A DNA stretch of 43,529 nucleotides from positions 1 to 43,529 of the forward strand of contig JABWCP010000031.1 in NCBI GenBank assembly GCA_013360215.1, in the 5' to 3' direction. Made by a program: the position numbers and the translations under genes. The stretch is from a bacterium (GTDB taxonomy: Bacteria; CLD3; SB21). Positions within the stretch are counted from its first letter, which is position 1, and each line of letters begins with the position of its first letter. Below the pieces are notes generated by a model. It was not told the DNA's origin. It saw only the letters and a list, made by a program, of their open reading frames with translations, and ran no database searches. Shown piece by piece: positions 18,082-26,934 of this stretch.

Positions 18082-19489
18082 AAATTTCGGCATTATATCA
18101 TCAATGACTTTTATTAAAAATTGTTCTCAAAACACAAAATCAGCATCTCTCTGTATTTTTGCTGTTGCTATATTGGTCAGATTGGTATTGATAAATAATT
18201 TTTTTGAAAATTATACGCAAAGCGATGGTGTCGATTATCATAATATAGCGGTCAACATAGTACATGGTAACGGCTATTCAAGAGCGACCACTGAACCTTA
18301 TGAGCCTTACTTTTTTCGGGAACCTGCCTATCCAATTTTTTTATCTGCCGTTTATAAGTTTTACAGTTGGTTCGGAAGTATTTCATACCTGTCCCATGAA
18401 GATCCGAATTTGAAGCTTCATGGCGAAATCATGCTCGCAAGAATTGTTCAGAGTTTCATTGGCGCAGGAGCATGTGTTATTTTTTATTTAACTTTATTAT
18501 TGGTTTTAAGCAGCCGGGTAAGTTTCATTATAGCTTTTCTTTTCTCACTATATTTACCTTTTGCTATATATGCCTCCATGCTGATGCGTGAAACTTTACA
18601 AAGTTTTTTTGTTTTGTCCATGACCTATTGCTTCGCGCGCTTACTGATATCCTTGAATCTGAAATGGAATATTTTGTTTTCTCTTTTTTGGAGTTTATCC
18701 AATTTATGTTTGCAAATCACACTGTGGATTTTCCCGTTCGCCGCATTATTTATACTAATACGATACCGCGCATGGTTTCTCGCTTTTAGACATAGTATGC
18801 TTTCGTTTTTTATTATGATGGCGATTGCATCACCATGGCTGATTCGCACCTACTCGTTTTATCCTGATATTCGAGTTTTTAAATCCTTTGGAACAAGCTT
18901 AACTCATGAATATTCTTCTTATATCAGCTATTTAAACAAACAAACGCAAATGAGTCAAATCACTCAAGATTCATTAAACCGAGTTCAACATATATGGTAC
19001 AATACGTCGGAGTATCAAAAATTTGAAAATTCATTTACTGGAACCGTTAAAACACTTTATTCAACAAACTCATCTATGAGATTGTCAATACATGATAAAT
19101 TACGCTCATTGTTTATTAATTTTCGAACTTCATGGATTGAATCGTTATGGTTTATTGAAATGGATAATGGAAGAATGCATCTACGCCCGCATACCATCTA
19201 CATGAAAGGCGAAAATTATTTTCTCTTGATCGCATCGTTAATTCCATTCGTTTTCGGTTATTTGGCATTACCTGGTATATTGTTTTTCCTTCGAAAGACA
19301 TACATCATTCTAATGCCTTTCTCTTATTTTTTCTGCATTCTGCCACTTATCGGTAATGAACCTAGAAGAGCATTACCTATTCACGCTTTTATATTTATGT
19401 TTTCGATTCTTATGACTATTTTTTTGTATAAAAAAGTGCGTCGCTCTGTCAATAATAATTCGGATATTTTCAATGAACACTATAACTAA
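18071..19489 (+). CDS. GT-C fold membrane glycosyltransferase (ArnT/PMT, GT39/GT83-like)
   Basis: About 10 TMs; first loop DGVDYHNIAVNI...FREPAYPIFL; ETL motif; start uncertain (GTG 18071 or a downstream ATG). Confidence 0.65.
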   Translation: MIIKNFGIISSMTFIKNCSQNTKSASLCIFAVAILVRLVLINNFFENYTQSDGVDYHNIAVNIVHGNGYSRATTEPYEPYFFREPAYPIFLSAVYKFYSWFGSISYLSHEDPNLKLHGEIMLARIVQSFIGAGACVIFYLTLLLVLSSRVSFIIAFLFSLYLPFAIYASMLMRETLQSFFVLSMTYCFARLLISLNLKWNILFSLFWSLSNLCLQITLWIFPFAALFILIRYRAWFLAFRHSMLSFFIMMAIASPWLIRTYSFYPDIRVFKSFGTSLTHEYSSYISYLNKQTQMSQITQDSLNRVQHIWYNTSEYQKFENSFTGTVKTLYSTNSSMRLSIHDKLRSLFINFRTSWIESLWFIEMDNGRMHLRPHTIYMKGENYFLLIASLIPFVFGYLALPGILFFLRKTYIILMPFSYFFCILPLIGNEPRRALPIHAFIFMFSILMTIFLYKKVRRSVNNNSDIFNEHYN

Positions 19490-19504
19490 TACGATTGTTA
19501 AATT

Positions 19505-20374
19505 ATGAAAGGCATAATCCTCGCAGGCGGCGCTGGCAGCCGTCTCTATCCGATTAGCAAGGTTTATAGTAAACAACTGATGTATGTGTACAATAAGCCA
19601 ATGATCTATTACCCTCTATCGACACTGATTTTGGGCGGCATAAAAGATATTCTCATTATCACGACCCCCGATGATGCACCTATGTTTAAAAAATTACTTG
19701 GTGATGGAAAGCATATAGGACTTAATCTGCAATATGCCGAACAACCGAAGCCCGAGGGTTTGGCACAGGCATTTATCATCGGCGAGAGTTTCATCAACAA
19801 CGATCCAGTATCTTTGGTTTTGGGAGATAATTTATTTTACGGTTATTTAGATTTCTTCAAAAGCGCTATAAAAAACACTCAAACTGGAGCCACCATTTTT
19901 GGGTATATTGTTCAGGATCCGGAGAGATATGGCGTCGTAGAGTTTGATACTCAAAATCGAGTTATTTCTCTTGAAGAAAAGCCCCAAAAGCCCAAATCGC
20001 ATTATGCTATACCAGGTTTATATGTTTATGATGATCAAGTAGTACAAATCGCAAAGTCCCTTAAACCCTCAGCACGTGGAGAACTTGAAATCACTGATCT
20101 CAATCGTGTTTATCTTGAGATGGGACGACTCATGGTTCAAAAAATCGGACGCGGTGTAGCGTGGCTTGATACAGGAACTCCCCAAGCGTTATTGGAAGCC
20201 AATAATTTTATCGGCGCCGTTGAACAGCGGCAAGGCATGATGATCGGATGTATTGAAGAGGCGGCATGGAGGGCCGAAATATGTACAACCAGCCAACTAA
20301 AACAAGTTATCCAAAACTTACCCAAATGTGATTACCGCTCCTACCTTGATCGAATCATTAACGAAACCCGATAA
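19505..20374 (+). CDS. rfbA: Glucose-1-phosphate thymidylyltransferase
   Basis: MKGIILAGGAGSRLYP, SKQL, EEKP, SARGELEITD, WLDTGT. Confidence 0.95.
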   Translation: MKGIILAGGAGSRLYPISKVYSKQLMYVYNKPMIYYPLSTLILGGIKDILIITTPDDAPMFKKLLGDGKHIGLNLQYAEQPKPEGLAQAFIIGESFINNDPVSLVLGDNLFYGYLDFFKSAIKNTQTGATIFGYIVQDPERYGVVEFDTQNRVISLEEKPQKPKSHYAIPGLYVYDDQVVQIAKSLKPSARGELEITDLNRVYLEMGRLMVQKIGRGVAWLDTGTPQALLEANNFIGAVEQRQGMMIGCIEEAAWRAEICTTSQLKQVIQNLPKCDYRSYLDRIINETR

Positions 20375-20377
20375 CCC

Positions 20378-21325
20378 ATGCAGTCCAAACCCGATTCCGC
20401 ACATGATTATTCCGTGGTTGTACCGGTTTACAATAGCAGTTCTACATTAGCTGAACTTTACCGGCGAATTGAAACTGTTTTTAGTAAGTTAGAAAAATCA
20501 TTTGAGGTTATATTTGTTGAAGATTGCGGCTCCGATAATAGTTGGGAAACTTTGTTGTCCTTGAAAAAACAAAATTCAAATAAAGTTTGCGTCATCCGTC
20601 TGAGTAAAAATTTCGGCCAACATAACGCCATTCTATGCGGATTACATTGGACACGCGGCAAATACATCATTACTATTGATGATGATTTGCAAATCCCCCC
20701 GGAAGAAATTGAAACTCTGATAATTAAGGCCAATGCGACCAACGCCGATGTAGTTTACGGAATTTATGAACACAAAAAACATTCCGTCGGTCGAAACATT
20801 GGAAGCAACACGATTCAATTCTTTTTCAAACAAAGCTTTGGGAATACAAACAGCATTACCTCCTTTCGTCTAATACGTAGAAATATCATTGAACAAATAA
20901 TTCATCATAAACAAAGCTTTGTTTTTCTTGACGGGCTTATTTTTTGGTATACAAAAAAAGTTGAATACGTACTAGTTACGCATCTTAATCGGACAGAGGG
21001 CGTATCCGGCTATAATTTTCATAAATTAGCAAGATTGGGTTTTAATTTATTTTTTAATTACACAACTATTCCTCTTCGGTTTGCTACTTACACCGGCTTG
21101 ACTTTATCGTTCATGAGTTTTGTAATCGGGTTGATATTTATCTATAGGAAGTTAATTTTAAGCGTACCCATTGGATTTACGGCTATAATTGTAGCTGTTT
21201 TTTTTATGGGTGGTATAACCTTATTGGTACTTGGAATTATCGGCGAATATTTAGCTAGAATTTACTCATTACAGCTTTCCAAACCTCAATACTCGATTGG
21301 TGAAATACATGATACGCAACATTGA
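20378..21325 (+). CDS. GT2 polyprenol-phosphate glycosyltransferase (ArnC/GtrB-like)
   Basis: VVVPVYN, SKNFGQHNA, IDDDLQIPPE, two C-terminal TMs ending GIIGEYLARIY. Confidence 0.88.
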   Translation: MQSKPDSAHDYSVVVPVYNSSSTLAELYRRIETVFSKLEKSFEVIFVEDCGSDNSWETLLSLKKQNSNKVCVIRLSKNFGQHNAILCGLHWTRGKYIITIDDDLQIPPEEIETLIIKANATNADVVYGIYEHKKHSVGRNIGSNTIQFFFKQSFGNTNSITSFRLIRRNIIEQIIHHKQSFVFLDGLIFWYTKKVEYVLVTHLNRTEGVSGYNFHKLARLGFNLFFNYTTIPLRFATYTGLTLSFMSFVIGLIFIYRKLILSVPIGFTAIIVAVFFMGGITLLVLGIIGEYLARIYSLQLSKPQYSIGEIHDTQH

Positions 21326-22097
21326 TGCAGAAATCGTAGAAATCGGAAAAAACACAATTATTCATGAAAGTGTCGTTATGCGCGGTGTAAAGGGTAAAGC
21401 TAAGCGAATCATTATAGGTGATAATGTATACATCGGCGCCAATGTCCAAATTATTTGTGACGATTTCAGATTAGGAGATTATTCGAAAATTCATCATGGT
21501 ACTAACGTGCACGGGTATATGCCTTGTCAGATCGGACATAATGCTTGGATCGGACAATATTCTATCATCGATAGTATCGGTGGCACGACCATAGGCGATA
21601 ATTGCGGGATTGGCGCCCATTCACAACTTTGGAGCCATATTAAATACGGTGATACTTTGGAAGGTTCTCGCTTCAAATCCGAAAGTCCATTGCGAATTGG
21701 AAAAGATGTATGGTTCGTAGGTCACTGTATCGTTTCCCCCATTACAGCGCATGATAAATCAATGGCTTTGGTGGGTTCTGTGGTAACAAGAGATATGGAA
21801 CCCAATCGGATGTATGCAGGTAGCCCCGCCAAAGATATTACAGAAAAGGCGGGTACCCCTTTCCAACATATTGATATCGAACAGAAATATCAAAGAATGA
21901 TGGAATTATTGAACGAATCCGGTATAAGTAAAGATATGATTAAGATTGTAAAAACTCGCAGTGAAATACGGGACGACGGCAGATCCTATTTCTGTATTGA
22001 AACACGGGAATACACAAAAACTTTAAACCCAGAAGAAATAAAATTCATGAATTTTCTGCTTCCGGATAAAGCCAAATTTACTCCTATTGCAAAGTGA
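21309..22097 (+). CDS. Left-handed beta-helix (hexapeptide repeat) acyltransferase
   Basis: IGDNVYIG, IGHNAWIG, IGDNCGIG repeats; GSVVTRD...YAGSPAK; start ATG 21309. Confidence 0.82.
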   Translation: MIRNIDAEIVEIGKNTIIHESVVMRGVKGKAKRIIIGDNVYIGANVQIICDDFRLGDYSKIHHGTNVHGYMPCQIGHNAWIGQYSIIDSIGGTTIGDNCGIGAHSQLWSHIKYGDTLEGSRFKSESPLRIGKDVWFVGHCIVSPITAHDKSMALVGSVVTRDMEPNRMYAGSPAKDITEKAGTPFQHIDIEQKYQRMMELLNESGISKDMIKIVKTRSEIRDDGRSYFCIETREYTKTLNPEEIKFMNFLLPDKAKFTPIAK

Positions 22098-22106
22098 ATT
22101 AACAAT

Positions 22107-23231
22107 ATGTTTATTCCATTTAACAAACCTTTTCTCACAGGCAAAGAACTTGAATATATCCGTCAATCCGTAGAATCTGGGAAAATTTCAGGTGATGGTG
22201 TCTTCACCAAGAAATGCCATGCGTTTTTTGAACAACGGTACGGATTTAAAAAATGCTTACTCACCACATCTTGCACTGATGCTCTTGAGATGGCGGCCAT
22301 TCTTATTGATGCTGGACCGGGTGATGAGATTATTCTACCTTCGTTTACTTTTGTATCCACCGCCAATGCGTTTGCATTACGTGGTGCAAAATTAGTTTTC
22401 GCAGACAGCGAGCGAATAACCCCAAATATTGATGTTTCCAAAGTCGAATCCCTAATTACACCGCGCACCAAAGCCATCGTTACTGTTCATTATGCCGGTG
22501 TCGCTTGCGACATGGATACGATTATGGAAATCGCTCAAAAACACAACATCTATGTCATTGAAGATGCGGCACAAGCTATTGATTCCTATTACAAAGGACG
22601 TCCTTTAGGATCTATCGGACATCTTGCGGCTTTTTCATTTCATGAAACTAAAAACGTTATTGCCGGCGAAGGTGGTATGCTGGCTATCAATGATGAGCGC
22701 TTTATGAAGCGCGCTGAAATCATTCGCGAAAAAGGAACCAATAGATCAGCTTTCTTTCGCGGTGAAATTGATAAATACGGCTGGGTTGATATTGGTTCTT
22801 CATTTCTCCCTTCGGACATCATTGCAGCATTTTTATACGCGCAACTCGAACATTTAGATGAAATTCAAAACAAACGAAAAAAATTGTGGAATCATTATTA
22901 TTCATTACTATCGTTTCTAGAAGAACAAAATCGCGCTAAACTACCTTTTATACCCGATTACGCAACCAACAATGCGCATATGTTTTATTTGGTTTTTTCT
23001 GATACGGCGACACGGGCAACAACGATTGATTTACTAAAGCAAAACAATATCCATGCGGTATTTCATTACCAAAGCCTGCACGTTTCTACATTCTATAAAC
23101 ACCGCAACGATGGGCGTGACCTCCCCCTTAGCGACCGTTATACGGATACGCTGCTTCGTTTACCCATGTACTATGATCTGGAGCGCGAAGATGTTGAGCT
23201 AATTGCGAAAATCATCAAATCTATTGCCTAA
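22107..23231 (+). CDS. rffA: dTDP-4-amino-4,6-dideoxygalactose transaminase (WecE)
   Basis: IPFNKP, TTSCTDALEMAA, EDAAQ, SFHETKN (PLP lysine), REKGTNRSAFFRG, DKYGWVDIGSS. Confidence 0.93.
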   Translation: MFIPFNKPFLTGKELEYIRQSVESGKISGDGVFTKKCHAFFEQRYGFKKCLLTTSCTDALEMAAILIDAGPGDEIILPSFTFVSTANAFALRGAKLVFADSERITPNIDVSKVESLITPRTKAIVTVHYAGVACDMDTIMEIAQKHNIYVIEDAAQAIDSYYKGRPLGSIGHLAAFSFHETKNVIAGEGGMLAINDERFMKRAEIIREKGTNRSAFFRGEIDKYGWVDIGSSFLPSDIIAAFLYAQLEHLDEIQNKRKKLWNHYYSLLSFLEEQNRAKLPFIPDYATNNAHMFYLVFSDTATRATTIDLLKQNNIHAVFHYQSLHVSTFYKHRNDGRDLPLSDRYTDTLLRLPMYYDLEREDVELIAKIIKSIA

Positions 23232-23248
23232 TAACATACACAACCTCA

Positions 23249-24388
23249 TTGAATAAAGATCAGAAAATAACTTTTCTCATGCCTACCTTTTTTTCTGAGC
23301 GCGTAGGTGGAGTTGAAATACAAACTTATTTATTGGCGACTCACCTTTCCAAGTTAGGATGGAAAGTAGACTTTGTTAGTGAAACATACGATGTAAGTAA
23401 GATTGGAAGCTCGGAAATATTTGATGGCGTGACAATACATTGGGTTAGTAAAAAAAACCATTTTTCCTTTTGGCGCCGCGATATTCAAAAACTCGTTCGT
23501 TTAATAAAACCAGATTATATATACCAACGTGGCCGCTCTCGCTTCACATCTTCGCCTATTGGCATTAAAGCTACAAAAAAATTGAAAGCAAAACTTATTT
23601 ATCATTGTGCTGAAGACAACGATTTTGTAAGAAATTTCAATTTTAGACAAGTGCATCAAAGTGAAAAACCACTATTCAAAAAAATTATTCTCGGGTTCGA
23701 AGCTTTACTTTCAGATTACTACTTTCATCGAACTATCCAACAATCTCATCTTATTATCGCTCAAACTGAATCTCAGAAACTTCAATTTAAGTGCTTCTTT
23801 AATAAAGATGCCACAATCATACGGTCAGCTCATGAGCTACCATCTGAAACCCGTGAAAAATCGAACCCTCCCATGATATTTTGGATAGCCAATACCGGGA
23901 AGCGCAAACAACCAGAAAAATTCATCGAACTTGCAATGCTTCTTAAGGACACACCTTATCGCTTTGTAATGGCCGGCCCTATTCCAGACAAAACGTATGA
24001 AAAAGAAATCATGAAAATGTTAAGTGAAACGCCTAACATAGAATATGTCGGACCAATTTCATGGGATGAATCGAATCGCTACTTTGCTATGGCAACTTAT
24101 TTTGTAAATACAACATTGGCTGGTCGAGAAGGTTTTCCAAACACTTACATTCAGGCGTGGATGCGCGGAACCGCTGTATTGACATTGCATTGTGACCCGG
24201 ATGGATTAATTGAGAAACATGAAATAGGATATAAAACAGAATCGCTTCAATCACTCGCCGTATGGCTTCGGGCTCAACTGGACGCACCTGAAAAGATTCT
24301 CCTAATGCGGGCTAGGGCTATAAAATACGGATGTGAACATCATGATATTCAAAAATCATCAACTATTTTCAGTGACCTCCTACAATAA
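23249..24388 (+). CDS. Glycosyltransferase family 4
   Basis: GGVEIQ, KRKQPEKF, EGFPNTYIQAW; TTG start. Confidence 0.86.
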   Translation: MNKDQKITFLMPTFFSERVGGVEIQTYLLATHLSKLGWKVDFVSETYDVSKIGSSEIFDGVTIHWVSKKNHFSFWRRDIQKLVRLIKPDYIYQRGRSRFTSSPIGIKATKKLKAKLIYHCAEDNDFVRNFNFRQVHQSEKPLFKKIILGFEALLSDYYFHRTIQQSHLIIAQTESQKLQFKCFFNKDATIIRSAHELPSETREKSNPPMIFWIANTGKRKQPEKFIELAMLLKDTPYRFVMAGPIPDKTYEKEIMKMLSETPNIEYVGPISWDESNRYFAMATYFVNTTLAGREGFPNTYIQAWMRGTAVLTLHCDPDGLIEKHEIGYKTESLQSLAVWLRAQLDAPEKILLMRARAIKYGCEHHDIQKSSTIFSDLLQ

Positions 24389-24423
24389 AAAACATCCTAT
24401 TAACACCATAATTCTACGATTAG

Positions 24424-25719
24424 ATGTTCTTGCCATACCTTTCATTGATTTTGTTTTGCAGTTTTTTTTTGTATCTTTGCGCTCGTAAACCTCCTTTGTC
24501 TATCCTGTTTTTTCTTAGCTTCAAACTCGTTCTTGATTTGGTATTCCAACAATCAGACTCTGATTTTTTTTATGCAATTTCTGCAGTGGTCATATTGTTT
24601 GGAAATGCTATTCTTCTATTTCGCAATGATATACATATCAAAGAACTCCCACTTGGTCGACTCATGCTAATATTAATTACGTTTAACATTCTTTCGGCTA
24701 TTTGGGGCATTGTAAACTCCTATTTTCTTATTTTTGAAATCCCACACTCTCCTATTCGTTTTGGCCAAGTAGTAACGTGGACGGGTAAGATGTTAGGCAT
24801 TTTCATACCATTGTTATCAGGTTTGGCTGCAAAAAAGAGTGATCTAAGTTTAAAACAAATTCTACTAGCATTTGTACTTGGAACAATACCTGTTTGCATT
24901 GTCGGACTTTTTGACATTGGATATCAATTCTTTAAACTGAATGAGGAATCATCGCTAAAATACCATACCACATGGCGCATCAGCGGCGGTTTGTCTGGGC
25001 CGGGCACGTTGGCTATTACCATGCTTCTCGGATCAAGTTTTGCATTATACCTTCTTTTTTTCAACCAATTCAATAAAAGAGTGTATAATCATCTGATGAT
25101 AGTCTATTTGGCTATAGCTTATATAGTCTTAACGTTCACGATGAGCAGAGGTGCATGGATTTCACTTATTTTCTTTTGTTTCATTTTATTGCTTCATTTG
25201 CCGACTATAAAATCAAAATTGATAGCTGCAATGGCTTTGTTGCTTCTGTTCATAAATCCGATTATTTGGGAGCGATTTAACAAAGAGACTAAATACTTAG
25301 CAAACAAGTTCATAACAGATAAAACAACGATTGATGTAACTAAACTAGGTAGCGGTAGAATATGGCTATGGAATGATGCGATTCAACATTATACAAAGCT
25401 AGATCCTGTATCCCAACTTATCGGGTCAGGTGGCTACTACGGATCTCACAATCAATATATTGCGTGGCTATTGAGAAATGGGATTCTTGGCTTATTTATG
25501 TGGTTATTGTTTTTATACCTGATGTATCGCAAAATACTCACAATGAATAAACCTAGTCGAAGTCTCGCCACAGCTTTATTTTTATGCATTTGCTGTGTAG
25601 CAAATATGTTCTCGCAACCTTGGGATAATTTTAATATATCGTTTATATTTTGGTTTTTGATCGGTTTTAATATAATTGTCTCAACAGATAAAGTTAAAAA
25701 TAGAGAAAATTGTCGGTAG
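24424..25719 (+). CDS. O-antigen ligase/polymerase family (Wzy_C/WaaL-like) membrane protein
   Basis: Many TMs; TMSRGAW, GSGRIWLW, SHNQYIAWLLRNGILG. Confidence 0.8.
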   Translation: MFLPYLSLILFCSFFLYLCARKPPLSILFFLSFKLVLDLVFQQSDSDFFYAISAVVILFGNAILLFRNDIHIKELPLGRLMLILITFNILSAIWGIVNSYFLIFEIPHSPIRFGQVVTWTGKMLGIFIPLLSGLAAKKSDLSLKQILLAFVLGTIPVCIVGLFDIGYQFFKLNEESSLKYHTTWRISGGLSGPGTLAITMLLGSSFALYLLFFNQFNKRVYNHLMIVYLAIAYIVLTFTMSRGAWISLIFFCFILLLHLPTIKSKLIAAMALLLLFINPIIWERFNKETKYLANKFITDKTTIDVTKLGSGRIWLWNDAIQHYTKLDPVSQLIGSGGYYGSHNQYIAWLLRNGILGLFMWLLFLYLMYRKILTMNKPSRSLATALFLCICCVANMFSQPWDNFNISFIFWFLIGFNIIVSTDKVKNRENCR

Positions 25720-25738
25720 CCTGAACCTAAAAAAACCG

Positions 25739-25770
25739 GAGAATGACTTAACTGCCATTCTCTTACTTTC
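25739..25770 (+). terminator. Possible weak intra-operon hairpin/terminator
   Basis: GAGAATG-10nt-CATTCTC followed by TTACTTTC in an 84-bp intergenic gap. Confidence 0.3.
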
Positions 25771-25803
25771 TTATCTTATTAAACATTGAGAATCTGAAAA
25801 AAA

Positions 25804-26934
25804 ATGAAAATTTGTATAGTTACAACCATTCCAAGTCCATACAGAACTCCACTTTTCAATCGAATAAACTCATTACTTAAAATTCATGGATACGAACTTT
25901 TTGTTGTTTTCTTGGCAAAAGGCTATCAAAGGCGTAAATGGACTTTTGATGCTTCCACGTGGAACTTCCAATATTTTTTTTTGAATGATCCTAAAATAAC
26001 TACAGGCGAGGTTTTTTTTTCATTTGCATTTTCGCTACTAGGGCTGTTATTCAAACTCAATCCAGATATTGTAGTTACAGGTGGCTTTTCGGTTCCGACA
26101 ATATGGAGTACACTGTATTGTCAACTCAATAGGAAAAAATCTCTCATCTGGTCGGGAGAGACGATCGATGAAAATTCAACTCGATCGTATCAATGGATAA
26201 GGACGCTTTTCAGGCGGTTCATGGTTAAGAAGTCAGACGGGTTCATTTCATATGGAAACAAATCAAAAGAATACTTACTTTCAATTGGTGCAAGCGAATC
26301 TGACATACGAATCGCGATCAATACCGTAGATACTCAGTTTTATAGTTTTTATTCCAACGAAAAAAATCCTGATCCAACAGTAAAGAAAATTATATTTGTC
26401 GGTCATCTCGAAAAAAGAAAAGGAATTTTTGAATTAATTGAAGCTTTTAGTATTATACAACGCAAAAAAACAAATTTAGGTTTTAAGTTTGAATTACACA
26501 TCATAGGCGATGGCACCCAAGCCAAAAACTTAGTACAATTTATCGAAACTAAGAAACTGGCCAACATTCGCTTACATGGTTTTCAACAATCCGATTATAT
26601 TCGCTCATTATTTAGATCCATGGATATCCTTGTGTTTCCATCGCTTACTGAACTGTATGGATTGGTGCCCATAGAGGGTATGGCAGCTGGTTTGCCTGTG
26701 CTAGTTTCAAAATATGCTGGCATTTCTGGTGAACTCCACGAATGCAAATACAGTCAAATGCTTTTCGACCCTAAAAATATTCTTGATTTCGCAGACAAAA
26801 TGTATTCAGTGCTAACAGTAACGACTCTATATTTTACACTGAAGATGTTAAGTCGAGAACTTTGCGAAAAAAAATTTAGCATAAAACTCAGTGCAAACTC
26901 TTTTACTAAGGCCTTGGTAGCCATAGATGTTTAG
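25804..26934 (+). CDS. Glycosyltransferase family 4
   Basis: IPSPYR, FVGHLEKRKG, ELYGLVPIEGMAAGLPV. Confidence 0.88.
   Translation: MKICIVTTIPSPYRTPLFNRINSLLKIHGYELFVVFLAKGYQRRKWTFDASTWNFQYFFLNDPKITTGEVFFSFAFSLLGLLFKLNPDIVVTGGFSVPTIWSTLYCQLNRKKSLIWSGETIDENSTRSYQWIRTLFRRFMVKKSDGFISYGNKSKEYLLSIGASESDIRIAINTVDTQFYSFYSNEKNPDPTVKKIIFVGHLEKRKGIFELIEAFSIIQRKKTNLGFKFELHIIGDGTQAKNLVQFIETKKLANIRLHGFQQSDYIRSLFRSMDILVFPSLTELYGLVPIEGMAAGLPVLVSKYAGISGELHECKYSQMLFDPKNILDFADKMYSVLTVTTLYFTLKMLSRELCEKKFSIKLSANSFTKALVAIDV

Noticed and set aside
18071..19489. Possible MBOAT partner for the microprotein
   Set aside because: Lacks the MBOAT FWxRWHxSL and conserved His pattern; loop motifs fit a GT-C glycosyltransferase
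25712..25723. RfaH ops element
   Set aside because: One mismatch, overlaps a stop codon, mid-operon rather than in a leader; about one such match is expected by chance in a window this size
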